From contig JBBTQV010000016.1 of assembly GCA_038065515.1 (NCBI GenBank), positions 5,462 to 69,461 of the forward strand: DNA of 64,000 nucleotides, in the 5' to 3' direction. The notes under the pieces are model-generated. The model saw nothing but the letters and a program-made list of their open reading frames with translations. It was not told the origin of the DNA and did no database searches. Below, piece by piece: positions 45,167 through 54,628 of the stretch. The stretch comes from Patescibacteria group bacterium (GTDB lineage: Bacteria > Patescibacteriota > Minisyncoccia > 2-02-FULL-40-12 > GWA2-44-9). Both the position numbers and the translations under genes were made by a program. The first letter of the stretch is position 1, and each line of letters begins with the position of its first letter.

Positions 45167-46906
45167 ATGGAAACCGTGTTAGCAGACATCATTGCCCGGT
45201 TCGGATTATCGGACCAAACGCTCATCGAGCAGGCGTTCGAGTTTGCCCAACACGGCCACGAGGGTCAGGTGCGGGCATCCGGAGAACCGTACATCACCCA
45301 TCCCCTGCAGGTGGCGACATTCTTGGCAGACTTGGGTTTTGATGCGTCCACAGTGGCGGCTGCTCTCCTGCACGATATTCTGGAAGATACGCCCGTCACG
45401 AAAGGAGAGCTGGAACTGCGTTTTGGCAAAGAGGTCGCATTTCTGGTGGACGGGGTAACAAAGTTATCCGCCATCACTCTGCGCGGCACCCGCAAAGATA
45501 AGAAGTCCGCCGACCTGCAGACCGAATCATTGAAAAAGATGTTCTTCGCCATGGCCGAAGATTTGCGCGTCATCATCATCAAGCTGGCCGACCGTCTGCA
45601 CAACATGAACACTCTGCGCTATCTGCCCCCTGCAGACCGTGAACGCATTGCGCGCGAGACCATGGAAATCTACGCGCCCATCGCGGGACGACTCGGTATG
45701 GGCCGCCTCAAGGGCGAACTCGACGACCTGGCCTTTCCGTTCGCCTACCCCGCCGAATACGCATGGCTGAAGAAAACCATCAAGGGAAAATACGAAAGCC
45801 GCCTGCACTACATTGAACGCACCGCCCCGCTTGTGAAGCGGCGGTTGCTGGATGCCGACATCCCGGTCATTGACATTCACGCGCGTGCAAAACGCATGTG
45901 GTCGCTGTATGAAAAACTCCAGCGCTACAGTATGGATCCCGACAAGGTGCTCGACCTCGTCGCGATGCGCATCATAGTGCCGGAAATAAAAGATTGCTAT
46001 GCCGCCATGGGCGTCATCCACGCGCACTATAAACCAATGCCCGGCCGCGTGAAAGATTTCATCGCCCTCCCCAAGCCCAACGGCTACCGCTCACTGCACA
46101 CCACGGTGTTCTGCGAACGGGGCCGCATCGCTGAAATCCAAATCCGCACACCGGAGATGCACGACCACGCCGAGAACGGCATCGCATCGCACTGGGCGTA
46201 CACCGAAGCGGGCAAGCCCCGAGCAGTGTCGGCCAAACAACAGGAGCTCGCATGGGTGAACCAGTTGAAGAATGTCCTGCGGGACATCAAAACATCGCAG
46301 GGCATGGCCGACCTGAAAATCGAATTCTTCAAGAACCGCATCTTTGTGCTCACCCCGCACGGCGACATCAAAGATCTTCCCGAAGGCGCAACGCCGCTGG
46401 ATTTCGCATATTCCATCCACTCCGAGTTGGGCCATCGAACGACCAGTGCGCTGGTGAACGGCCGCATCGTCCCGTTGAGCTCGGCACTGCAATCAGGCGA
46501 TGTGGCGGAAATCATCAAAGGGAAGGAAGCGAGGCCGAGCAAAGGCTGGCTGCACATTGTGAAGACAAACCAGGCCGCCAAACACATCAGGTCGTGGTTC
46601 AATAATTCGGGGCCGCCGGATAAGTCCGAATCTAACTCGGAGCCATCTCATAGCTCACGCCTTTCGACAGGCACTGCACGCAAGAAAGTCGCACGCCCGA
46701 AGACGATTGCGGCTCATGCTTCGGCTATTCTCATCGACGGCCAGGATGGGATGGCATATCGGCTCGGCAAGTGTTGTACGCCGACCACCGCTTCCCCCGT
46801 CATCGGCTATCTCACGCTCACCCGCGGCGTCACCGTGCATGTCGTCGATTGCGCCAACATAAAAACCGCCGATAAACAGCGGCTATTGGACGCTCAGTGG
46901 GAATAA
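45167..46906 (+). CDS. rel: bifunctional (p)ppGpp synthetase/hydrolase (Rel/SpoT homologue)
   Basis: HD hydrolase domain (HDILEDT), synthetase domain (RSLHTTV, YKPMPGRVKDFIA), TGS domain, C-terminal CC zinc-finger domain. No ACT domain at the extreme C-terminus. Confidence 0.85.
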   Translation: METVLADIIARFGLSDQTLIEQAFEFAQHGHEGQVRASGEPYITHPLQVATFLADLGFDASTVAAALLHDILEDTPVTKGELELRFGKEVAFLVDGVTKLSAITLRGTRKDKKSADLQTESLKKMFFAMAEDLRVIIIKLADRLHNMNTLRYLPPADRERIARETMEIYAPIAGRLGMGRLKGELDDLAFPFAYPAEYAWLKKTIKGKYESRLHYIERTAPLVKRRLLDADIPVIDIHARAKRMWSLYEKLQRYSMDPDKVLDLVAMRIIVPEIKDCYAAMGVIHAHYKPMPGRVKDFIALPKPNGYRSLHTTVFCERGRIAEIQIRTPEMHDHAENGIASHWAYTEAGKPRAVSAKQQELAWVNQLKNVLRDIKTSQGMADLKIEFFKNRIFVLTPHGDIKDLPEGATPLDFAYSIHSELGHRTTSALVNGRIVPLSSALQSGDVAEIIKGKEARPSKGWLHIVKTNQAAKHIRSWFNNSGPPDKSESNSEPSHSSRLSTGTARKKVARPKTIAAHASAILIDGQDGMAYRLGKCCTPTTASPVIGYLTLTRGVTVHVVDCANIKTADKQRLLDAQWE

Positions 46907-46911
46907 CACCA

Positions 46912-47469
46912 CTATCGCCTATAGCTATCGCGTGCCAGCTCAACAGCACGGCGCTGCTCGGAGCTCATTCGTTTGAATCGCGGATCAAAAAGCAGGCAGG
47001 TAAGAATCCCCACAGCGCTAGTTGGCGCAGCGGCGGCAGCTTCTGCGAGTTTACTTCCAATCATCTGATCGAGTTTGCTCTTCGGTTCTAATCTCTCTAT
47101 TTCGCCACTGATGTATGCAATGACTTCAGGGTCGTTTTCTCGTAGCGCAAAAGCGTATAAATCATCGAGACCACCTTTTGCATCGGCGCGGGTCGCTTTT
47201 CCTGAAAATCCGGCATCCAAGATTATGCGGGCGGCACGAACCAATTCTTGCGCCCGCTCAATACTGCCGATTCCGGATGTCATATTGACAATTCCCGCTT
47301 GTTGCTCATACTCATTTAACGCATCTTGAGCCTCTTGGACTTTTGGATTTTCCAAATCCAGCGGATTATTAATCCCTTCTTCTTTCAATTTCTTGAACAA
47401 TTCTAAAGCATTCTCGTAGCTACCGAGTTCCGTTTCTTTCTTTTCCGGCGGTATCGGAGGACCTTCCAT
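46912..47469 (-). CDS. hypothetical protein
   Basis: 185 aa with coding-like composition and lower GC. No family recognised. Confidence 0.4.
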   Translation of the reverse strand: MEGPPIPPEKKETELGSYENALELFKKLKEEGINNPLDLENPKVQEAQDALNEYEQQAGIVNMTSGIGSIERAQELVRAARIILDAGFSGKATRADAKGGLDDLYAFALRENDPEVIAYISGEIERLEPKSKLDQMIGSKLAEAAAAAPTSAVGILTCLLFDPRFKRMSSEQRRAVELARDSYRR

Positions 47470-47478
47470 ACTTATAGA

Positions 47479-48384
47479 TTAGCCGATAATCTTTTTAACG
47501 ACAGTGTTGAGGTGCTCCAAATCGGCAAAACGGATAACGATTTGCCCGGTTCGCGATGAAGACCCCTGTGCGCGAATGATGACCGGCGCTCCTAGATGAT
47601 CAGCGAGATTGCGCATCAGATCATCAAACCTTTCATTGTGACGCGCTTTCCGCCGACCGACCGCGGCTTTCGCGGATGATGCGGCGTACTCGAGGTCTTT
47701 TGTGGAAAAACCACCGGTCGCAATTTGCTCGTACGCCTGTTTCTGCGCAGTGGCATCCTGAAACGACAGGAGCGAACGGGCGGCGGTCCCACTGATGCGG
47801 CCATCGCGCGTGGCATCTTTGATGTACTGCGGGAGGTTGACCAGACGCATCACATTGGCAACCGCCTCGCGCGATTTGCCAACCTTATCGGCGATTTCTT
47901 GCTGCCGGAGACCAAACTCTCCCGCAAGCCGGCAATAGGCTTCGGCCTGCTCGATGGGATTGAGGTCTTCGCGTTGGAGATTTTCGATGAGCGCGACTTC
48001 AAGCCGGTTTGATTTTGTCCCGGAACTGCTGGGTGTGAGGTCGTCGCGGATGATTACCGGCACGGTCGGCAGTCCCGCAAGTTGCGCGGCACGCCACCGG
48101 CGCTCTCCGGCAATGAGCTGGTAGGTGACCGCTCTCCCCCGCGGGAGATCTTCTTCCATTTTAGAAACCAGTAACGGCTGGAGCACACCGAACTTGCGAA
48201 TGCTCCGTGCCAGCTCGGCGAGCGCCTCCTGATCGAAATCGGTGCGGGGCTGATCGGGGTTGGGTTGAATCTTTGTGACCTCAACAAAGAAGATACTCTC
48301 GCGGCGGTTGTTCACCGCATCCGCGACGGAGTCGGGAATCAGGGAACCCAACCCTTTGCCTAATCCGAATAATTTTTTGGGCAT
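47479..48384 (-). CDS. parB: chromosome partitioning protein ParB (Spo0J)
   Basis: ParB box [19 protein letters not shown], downstream of parA. Confidence 0.9.
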   Translation of the reverse strand: MPKKLFGLGKGLGSLIPDSVADAVNNRRESIFFVEVTKIQPNPDQPRTDFDQEALAELARSIRKFGVLQPLLVSKMEEDLPRGRAVTYQLIAGERRWRAAQLAGLPTVPVIIRDDLTPSSSGTKSNRLEVALIENLQREDLNPIEQAEAYCRLAGEFGLRQQEIADKVGKSREAVANVMRLVNLPQYIKDATRDGRISGTAARSLLSFQDATAQKQAYEQIATGGFSTKDLEYAASSAKAAVGRRKARHNERFDDLMRNLADHLGAPVIIRAQGSSSRTGQIVIRFADLEHLNTVVKKIIG

Positions 48385-48388
48385 AGTG

Positions 48389-49150
48389 TCAGTGTAAACG
48401 AATTATCTCCTCTGCCAAGTGGCGGTACGCCATGGCGGCTTTTCCGGCGGGGTCATGCTGAAGAATTGTTTTCCCAAAACTGGGCGCTTCCGCGACCGAA
48501 ATAACCCGCGGTATCACCGATTGGAACACGCGCCCCGGAAAATTGTTCATCACTTCGTTGACCACCTGCCGTGAGAGTTGGATGCGCTTGTCGTGCATGG
48601 TGAGCACGACGCCCAGCACGCTCAAGTTTGGATTGATGCCGCCGCGTACCAGATCAATGGTGCGCATCAGCTGGCCCAGGCCTTCCAGCGCATAGTATTC
48701 GCACTGCACCGGAATCAGCACATGATCGGACGCCGCGAGCGCGTTGATGGTGAGCAATCCCAACGACGGCGGGCAATCGATAAGCACATAATCGTAGTTA
48801 TTGCGCAGGTGGTTGAGCGCACGGCGCAGACGATATTCGCGCTCCTCCATGCTCACCAGCTCTACGGTCGCGCCCGCCAGAGACTGTGCGGCTGGCAATA
48901 TGTCGTAGCCGAAAATGGATGTCTTGCGAACCATCGGCAACGGGTTGGCGTCGCTCACCAGCGAGTGATACACATTCTGGGCGGCCGGTTCCACCTCCAT
49001 GCCCAGCCCCAGTGTGGCGTTGGCCTGCGAATCTAAATCAACGAGCAGAACATATTTACCCTGCGCGGCGAGATACGCGCCAAGATTGACCGATGTAGTG
49101 GTCTTCCCCACACCACCCTTCTGATTACAGACAGCAATGATTCTCGCCAT
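48389..49150 (-). CDS. parA: chromosome partitioning ATPase ParA (Soj)
   Basis: Deviant Walker A KGGVGKTTT. Start at second Met (MARIIAV). Confidence 0.9.
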   Translation of the reverse strand: MARIIAVCNQKGGVGKTTTSVNLGAYLAAQGKYVLLVDLDSQANATLGLGMEVEPAAQNVYHSLVSDANPLPMVRKTSIFGYDILPAAQSLAGATVELVSMEEREYRLRRALNHLRNNYDYVLIDCPPSLGLLTINALAASDHVLIPVQCEYYALEGLGQLMRTIDLVRGGINPNLSVLGVVLTMHDKRIQLSRQVVNEVMNNFPGRVFQSVIPRVISVAEAPSFGKTILQHDPAGKAAMAYRHLAEEIIRLH

Positions 49151-49209
49151 GGCCATCCCATTCTATTGGATAATCCAAGATTTGCAAAGAAACAACGCGC
49201 AACCCCACA

Positions 49210-49237
49210 TTGAAAAAATCCTAAACCATGCTATAAT
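49210..49237 (+). promoter_or_regulatory. sigma70-type promoter for tRNA-Leu (TTGAAA-16-TATAAT)
   Basis: TTGAAA at 49210-49215, TATAAT at 49232-49237, about 12 nt upstream of the tRNA 5' end. Confidence 0.5.
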
Positions 49238-49248
49238 AACTTTCACAT

Positions 49249-49332
49249 GCCGCTGTGGCGGAATTGGCAGACGCAATTGACTCAAAATCAATCGGGAGCA
49301 ATCCCATGTCGGTTCGACTCCGACCAGCGGCA
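49249..49332 (+). tRNA. tRNA-Leu (anticodon CAA), class II with long variable arm
   Basis: Acceptor GCCGCTG/CAGCGGC, anticodon loop CTCAAAA, variable arm CGGGAGCAATCCCATG, T-arm TCGG-TTCGACT-CCGA. Confidence 0.8.
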
Positions 49333-49368
49333 CAGAACAAAAAATCCCTAAGGGATTTTTTGTTCTGT
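49333..49368 (+). terminator. rho-independent terminator after tRNA-Leu
   Basis: 17-bp inverted repeat acagaacaaaaaatccc / gggattttttgttctgt. Confidence 0.6.
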
Positions 49369-49492
49369 GGATGCCGATCCTTTTTATTTATGCACACCTT
49401 CAGGCATTGCGCTGAAAATCAACATGCTATCATGCGCGTATCGCGCGGCGTGCGCGGGGGGAGTTACCCTCCGAAGCCTTAGCGAAGGAGGG

Positions 49493-49729
49493 ATGAAACA
49501 ACTACACAAACAAAAACATGAGCGTCAGCGAACGGAACCGCTGCCCGAATCCTATCTGCTCTGTCGCGAATGCGACGGCACCTGGGTCGACAGCCGCAAC
49601 GGCACCTGCACCCACTGTTCAGTGCATACGACAAGCCAGGATTTTCATCTCTGCCTCTCGTGCGCACTGACTGAAAAAAGATGCCAGCACTGTGGTCAGG
49701 AGATGCATGTGCATATAGCCAAGTGCTAA
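49493..49729 (+). CDS. small Cys-rich zinc-ribbon protein
   Basis: RBS AGGAGGG then ATG 49493. CRECDG...CTHC...CLSC...CQHCG. ORF-track start 49367 overlaps the terminator and is rejected. Confidence 0.45.
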   Translation: MKQLHKQKHERQRTEPLPESYLLCRECDGTWVDSRNGTCTHCSVHTTSQDFHLCLSCALTEKRCQHCGQEMHVHIAKC

Positions 49730-49732
49730 AAG

Positions 49733-49762
49733 AATCGCCCGCCACATGGCGGGCGTTGTGTT
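49733..49762. terminator. rho-independent terminator (bidirectional)
   Basis: cgcccgcc-acat-ggcgggcg followed by TTGTGTT. Confidence 0.55.
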
Positions 49763-50210
49763 AGCTGTGCTTGATCAGTTCGGCGCGATACTGTTCTTGA
49801 AAAAACATGAGCGCCCAGTCCTCCGCGCTCCACCCCCGCTGGGTCCAGTGGATCCAGCGGCCACACGCAACCGGCTGTCCGCTGACCCATTCGTACTTAT
49901 AGACAATCTTCCGCGCCCACGATGGCAAGTGGCCCCAGAAAGCGACAACGATTTTTCCAATCTTGGACCACTGATACGAATAAGGGTGAAAACCCTCGTA
50001 ATGGTCCGTATGGATAACACCGTCGAACAGAATTGCGCCTTCCGATGACTCCACCTTGAGGTGATCACCCTCCTCAATAATCGCCAGCGCATCGTACATC
50101 AGATCGGAACCGCACTGGTCTGTATCGACATCCAACACCCAGACCGTGCCTTCACATCCCGTCTCAAAAAAGTCAAACAGGACACCCGTGTACCGTTTTT
50201 CCATGCACAC
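49761..50210 (-). CDS. hypothetical protein
   Basis: 149 aa. No family recognised. Confidence 0.4.
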   Translation of the reverse strand: MCMEKRYTGVLFDFFETGCEGTVWVLDVDTDQCGSDLMYDALAIIEEGDHLKVESSEGAILFDGVIHTDHYEGFHPYSYQWSKIGKIVVAFWGHLPSWARKIVYKYEWVSGQPVACGRWIHWTQRGWSAEDWALMFFQEQYRAELIKHS

Positions 50211-50237
50211 CTCCTCGTATGAACTGCCGACAGGTTA

Positions 50238-51068
50238 TCAGATATGAGTTACCAGCACAATCAGATTCTCCAGTACTGCGGAGACCACCAGCGGACCCAT
50301 ACCACCGGGAACCGGCGTCAGAAGGCCGGCTTTTTTGTGTGCTGAAGCGAAATCAACATCACCGAAATATGCGGTGCCCTTTTTGGCGAATCCGTAATCA
50401 ATAACGATCGCACCCTCGCGTATCCACTCGTCTGTTACGAGGCCGGGCGTTCCGGTTGCGGCAATCACCATCTCTGCCTGCCGTGAAATCTCCGACGGAT
50501 GAGGCGTGTTTATGTCGATGATGTCTACACGCGCACCCTGTTGCGCAAGCCAGTGAGCGACGGGTTTGCCCACGAGCTCACCCGCTCCCACCATCGCAAT
50601 ACGCATATCGCGAATCGCAATCTCGTGCGCGTGCAATACATACTTTAGCGCCAACACCGACGAAGGCACGACCGCACCATGATTTTCATAAAACATCTTC
50701 TGTGTATGCGGCGATAGCACATCCACATCTTTCTGTGCGGGTATCAGCGACAACAGCGCCGCGCTGTTCCACGATACGGGTAGCGGCAACTCCACAAAAA
50801 TTCCGTGCACGCCCTCATCGCCGACTAGATACTGCAGAGTCTGCCGCGCCCCATCTTCATCGTTTGCATCAAAAAAATAACTGGAGAATTCAGCGCCAAT
50901 TGATTGTGCCGCCTTTTGTTTCAGTTTCACAAATGAACGCAGCCCCACATCGTCGCCCACGCAGAGCGCGGCAAGACGCAACGGTTCACCGAGCGCGCTC
51001 AACTGTTCGGCAAGGCCGGTCATCACCACATCCGCAATTGCTTTTCCGTCAACAATTTCCGCGGTCAT
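50238..51068 (-). CDS. folD: bifunctional methylenetetrahydrofolate dehydrogenase/cyclohydrolase
   Basis: GFAKKGTAYFGDV, TPVPGGMGPLVVSAVLEN. NAD(P) fold. Confidence 0.9.
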   Translation of the reverse strand: MTAEIVDGKAIADVVMTGLAEQLSALGEPLRLAALCVGDDVGLRSFVKLKQKAAQSIGAEFSSYFFDANDEDGARQTLQYLVGDEGVHGIFVELPLPVSWNSAALLSLIPAQKDVDVLSPHTQKMFYENHGAVVPSSVLALKYVLHAHEIAIRDMRIAMVGAGELVGKPVAHWLAQQGARVDIIDINTPHPSEISRQAEMVIAATGTPGLVTDEWIREGAIVIDYGFAKKGTAYFGDVDFASAHKKAGLLTPVPGGMGPLVVSAVLENLIVLVTHI

Positions 51069-51105
51069 TTTTCTTTATTCTATTTTCCACTTTCTATTTT
51101 CTATT

Positions 51106-51738
51106 CTAGAGCAACGCTAGTATCTTGTCTGCACGCACAGCACCCTGACGCAATATGCGCGGCACGCGGCCGGAGAGATCCACCACAGTTGACGGCAGAG
51201 AGTCCGGCAGCGGCCCGGCATCGATAATCACATCCGGCTGCGGAACCGTCGCCGTGAATGCGGCGGCGATATGCGCGGCGTCACTTGTCGGTTCCGAGCC
51301 AGACACATTTGCGGATGTCCCCGTGAGCGGGTAGCCTAGGTGACGCAACAGCCCCTGTAAAAATGGGAAGTCCGGCGCGCGAATACCGACAGTCTGCCCT
51401 CCCCCACACATGACGGCCGGCACAATAGAACGACGCGGCAGCACGAATGTCACCTTCCCCGGCCAAAACTGCTCGATAACTTTTTCCTGTTCGGGAGTGA
51501 TGTACGCAAGCTCGCGTGCCCATGACAGATCGCGCACCAACATCGGAAGCGCCTTCACATAACTGCGATGCTTGATGTCGAACACCCGCCCGACCGCCGT
51601 CGGGTCCAATGCATTGCATCCCAAACCGTAAAGCGTATCGGTTGGAAACACCGCCGTGCCGCCGCGGCGCAACACCGCCACAACCCGTTCAATGACCGGC
51701 ATAGTGTCCGCGGCAAAGTCAGTCTTGAGCGTCTGCAT
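51106..51738 (-). CDS. tsaC: L-threonylcarbamoyladenylate synthase (TsaC/YrdC family)
   Basis: FPTDTLYGLGCNA, GTSANVSG. Confidence 0.85.
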   Translation of the reverse strand: MQTLKTDFAADTMPVIERVVAVLRRGGTAVFPTDTLYGLGCNALDPTAVGRVFDIKHRSYVKALPMLVRDLSWARELAYITPEQEKVIEQFWPGKVTFVLPRRSIVPAVMCGGGQTVGIRAPDFPFLQGLLRHLGYPLTGTSANVSGSEPTSDAAHIAAAFTATVPQPDVIIDAGPLPDSLPSTVVDLSGRVPRILRQGAVRADKILALL

Positions 51739-51765
51739 GGCAGGCTCCCTCTTGTCGGTTTCGGA

Positions 51766-52053
51766 TTACTTCTTTTCTTCCTTCTTTTTCTTGGGCTTCC
51801 AGCTCTCCATCTTTGGCCGATCCCATACCTTGTAATTGACCATTAGATTGTTGACGGTCGGGCTGATCTGCGCGCCGTTAGCCATCAAAGCTTCGATGCG
51901 TTCGCGGTCCGCCTTGAACACCTTACCGCGGGGGTCGTAGGTGCCAAGCATTTCTTGGTATTTTCCCTGCGGCTTCTTGGTATGTTCAAGCACAACCACC
52001 TTGAAATGGGCTTGCTTCTTCTTCCCGATGCGTTGCAGTCGGATCATCAACAT
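51766..52053 (-). CDS. rpsP: 30S ribosomal protein S16
   Basis: MIRLQRIGKKKQAHFKVVV matches the bS16 N-terminus. Lys-rich tail. Confidence 0.9.
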   Translation of the reverse strand: MLMIRLQRIGKKKQAHFKVVVLEHTKKPQGKYQEMLGTYDPRGKVFKADRERIEALMANGAQISPTVNNLMVNYKVWDRPKMESWKPKKKKEEKK

Positions 52054-52142
52054 AGTGAACTATCCTACTACATAAGCACTAAAAAGGCAAGTATTTGACT
52101 ATCTCTCACGGTCGTGCCATATTCATTGCGGAGGCTTAACAA

Positions 52143-52478
52143 ATGACCATAGTGCAGCTGTGTGAACAGCTTGGTGCAGCACTCATGATGCGCATTCAGT
52201 ACCCGCGCAATGAGTTTGAGACCTGTGCAGGCACGCATACCTGCTATCTGGACCCCGAACGATGCGCCGTCTTCATAGACGGGAAAAGGAGCCTTCCGGG
52301 ATTCCCGTTCGGAATCGGCTGGAATGAACGGGAAGCGATGACCGATCTGGTCGCGGGGCTGCTCGAATTGCGGAAGCCGCATGGGAAAGCGCCGGTGCAT
52401 AGCATCGTCATCCGCTGCCGGAGTCTCTACGACAATCAGATTCGCGAGATTCCCATCCCCGCGGACCTGACCGCATAG
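52143..52478 (+). CDS. hypothetical protein
   Basis: RBS GGAGG before the ATG. Preferred over the overlapping minus-strand ORF 52068..52565. Confidence 0.4.
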   Translation: MTIVQLCEQLGAALMMRIQYPRNEFETCAGTHTCYLDPERCAVFIDGKRSLPGFPFGIGWNEREAMTDLVAGLLELRKPHGKAPVHSIVIRCRSLYDNQIREIPIPADLTA

Positions 52479-52494
52479 ATAGATTGAGGTAACC

Positions 52495-52890
52495 ATGAAG
52501 AACTTGCGGAAGTTTGTGCACGATGTGTGCCGGCAGACAGGCGCTAATTGCTTCATCGATATCACCTACTTTGCCGGCCCACGGCCGGAGGTGTCCGGCC
52601 CCAACGACATCTTCGTTGCGCGCATGAGGATGCAGATTCTTCTCAACGGAGCTTTTCCAAACATTAGCCTCTGTTACAAGGATGAGCGGCTCACGCGCGA
52701 GTTCGGCAGTGTCTACGGTCGTGGTCGCACCGCCGACAAGGCATTCGCAGCGCTTCTGCGTTCCATTGCCGGCAAAACACTCACCGTGACCATCGGGGAC
52801 ACCACCCATACCATCGATGTGCCGCGCAACATCACTAAAGGAAAGCTCGTCACCAAACCCGACCCCTTGTATTATTCTCGTGGTCGATAA
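52495..52890 (+). CDS. hypothetical protein
   Basis: RBS GAGGT before the ATG. Followed by a terminator. Confidence 0.4.
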   Translation: MKNLRKFVHDVCRQTGANCFIDITYFAGPRPEVSGPNDIFVARMRMQILLNGAFPNISLCYKDERLTREFGSVYGRGRTADKAFAALLRSIAGKTLTVTIGDTTHTIDVPRNITKGKLVTKPDPLYYSRGR

Positions 52891-52895
52891 CACTC

Positions 52896-52924
52896 AGCCG
52901 CCCCTCACCGGGCGGCTTTTCTTA
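52896..52924. terminator. rho-independent terminator (bidirectional)
   Basis: agccgccc-ctcacc-gggcggct followed by TTTTCTT. Confidence 0.6.
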
Positions 52925-53638
52925 TTGCGCCGCACTGCGCCCTGCCCAATGTTTATTCTGTAGAGCATCTTCAGCGGCGGCTTGCTGGGCATCCTGTTTA
53001 CTCTCGCCCTGACCTTCCCCCGCGAGTTCCTTTCCCAAGTACACGGCAATCTTGAACTGCCGAGCATGGTCGGGCCCCCACTCTTCCATGACGCGGTAGG
53101 TCGGCGTGACCCCGATGCGGTCCTGTGCCTCTTCCTGTAGGAGCGACTTGGGGTCGCGGTACAATTTTTTCGAAATGATTTCGGAGAGGTGTGTGAGCAC
53201 AAATTTGGCAACGAATGTTTTGCAAGGCTCATATCCGCCGTCGAGGTACATCGCACCGATGATCGCTTCAATAGCATTGGCAAGAATGTACTGCCGCGCA
53301 CGCCCCGTATCGCGTGCCTCGCCGCGCGAGAGTAGCATATAATCGTTGAGGTCGAAGTCCGCGGTGATTTCAGAGAGGATATTTGCGTTCACCAACGCAG
53401 CCCGCCAGTTGGTCATCTCCCCTTCGGGTGTCTCGGGATACTGCGCGAACAAATACTCGGTAACGATGAGCTCCAATACCGCGTCCCCCAGAAATTCCAA
53501 CCGTTCGTTGTGGCCGATAGGCCAGTCGGGATGCTCGTTGAGGTATGATCGGTGCGTCAACGCTTGCTCCAGCAGTTTGGAGTTTTTGAAGGTATATCCG
53601 ATGCGCTCTTGCAGAGGCGCTAGCTTTTGACTCGACAT
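52922..53638 (-). CDS. rnc: ribonuclease III
   Basis: RNase III signature ERLEFLGDAVLE and C-terminal dsRBD. Confidence 0.85.
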   Translation of the reverse strand: MSSQKLAPLQERIGYTFKNSKLLEQALTHRSYLNEHPDWPIGHNERLEFLGDAVLELIVTEYLFAQYPETPEGEMTNWRAALVNANILSEITADFDLNDYMLLSRGEARDTGRARQYILANAIEAIIGAMYLDGGYEPCKTFVAKFVLTHLSEIISKKLYRDPKSLLQEEAQDRIGVTPTYRVMEEWGPDHARQFKIAVYLGKELAGEGQGESKQDAQQAAAEDALQNKHWAGRSAAQ

Positions 53639-53708
53639 CCCGTGATGCCCAGCCACACATCACGCACGGCGGAGTCTCCTCCGTGCTTGGTCTATGGCCG
53701 GGTGATTA

Positions 53709-54209
53709 TTATTCTCCCGACAGTTCTGTCGGTTGCCCTTCTTTCATTTCTCCGTCCTTCTTGCGCGGCGGCGCATCGTCTTTGCCCGGTTCTCCCATTT
53801 CTTTGTACACAGTCCCGAGTACGCCGTTGATGAATCTGCCGCTGGACTCACCGCCGAACGATTTCGCCAGCTCGATGGCTTCGTTGATAGCAACCTTTGG
53901 CGGCACCGCATCACGATCACCCCACATTAACTCGAAGAGTCCCAGACGCAGAACATTACGGTCAACCATCGCGATCTGGTCGATGGGCCATTGCGGAGCG
54001 GCGGTCTCGATGATTTTGTCGATTTCGTCGATATGTTCCAGCGTTCCTTTGACCAGCTGGACGACAAACTCCGGTTCATCGAGTCCTTCACCGAATTCCT
54101 TGAGCATGTGTTCGAGAATTTCCGGCAACAGGTCATTATTGCGACCTTTGAAATCCCACTCATAGAGGGACTGCATCGCAACCGACCGTGCAAGATGTCG
54201 TGAGGCCAA
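53709..54209 (-). CDS. nusB: transcription antitermination factor NusB
   Basis: [14 protein letters not shown]...NGVLG NusB fold. Acidic/Pro-rich C-terminal tail. Confidence 0.8.
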   Translation of the reverse strand: MASRHLARSVAMQSLYEWDFKGRNNDLLPEILEHMLKEFGEGLDEPEFVVQLVKGTLEHIDEIDKIIETAAPQWPIDQIAMVDRNVLRLGLFELMWGDRDAVPPKVAINEAIELAKSFGGESSGRFINGVLGTVYKEMGEPGKDDAPPRKKDGEMKEGQPTELSGE

Positions 54210-54236
54210 GGAACAAAAACTTAGCGATCGTTATTC

Positions 54237-54437
54237 TTACTTCGCCTGATGCTTCTTCTTCTCCGCTTTCTTCATCTGCTTCGCCAGCACATTGACCACT
54301 TCGCGGCCCTTGTAGTACCCGCAATATTTGCACACCGTGTGCGGCTTGCCCATCTTTTTGCACTGACTGCAGGCGATGAATGCCTGTTTCTTCAACGCCA
54401 AGTGGCTGCGACGGCGCAGCTGCTTTCCCTTGGCCAT
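54237..54437 (-). CDS. rpmF: 50S ribosomal protein L32
   Basis: MAKGKQLRRRSHLAL then CxxC...CxxC zinc-binding. Start at Met 8 of the ORF. Confidence 0.7.
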   Translation of the reverse strand: MAKGKQLRRRSHLALKKQAFIACSQCKKMGKPHTVCKYCGYYKGREVVNVLAKQMKKAEKKKHQAK

Positions 54438-54628
54438 ATGGTGTCGTGGAACTCCCATCGGATAGAATCTAGAAGCTAGGAAATAGAATCTAGTAGTTAT
54501 CGTTACATTGGTAGATTTAACGGTAGCATAAAATCGTCATACTTACAAATCACCAAAAAACGGGTCGGAAAAACAGCCCAAAAACTGTCCACTTTGCGGC
54601 ATGGGCAACAGTGGGCTACAATGCCCCC

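Noticed and set aside
52068-52565. 165-aa minus-strand ORF overlapping two plus-strand ORFs
   Set aside because: The plus-strand ORFs each have a Shine-Dalgarno sequence and a downstream terminator. The minus ORF has neither.
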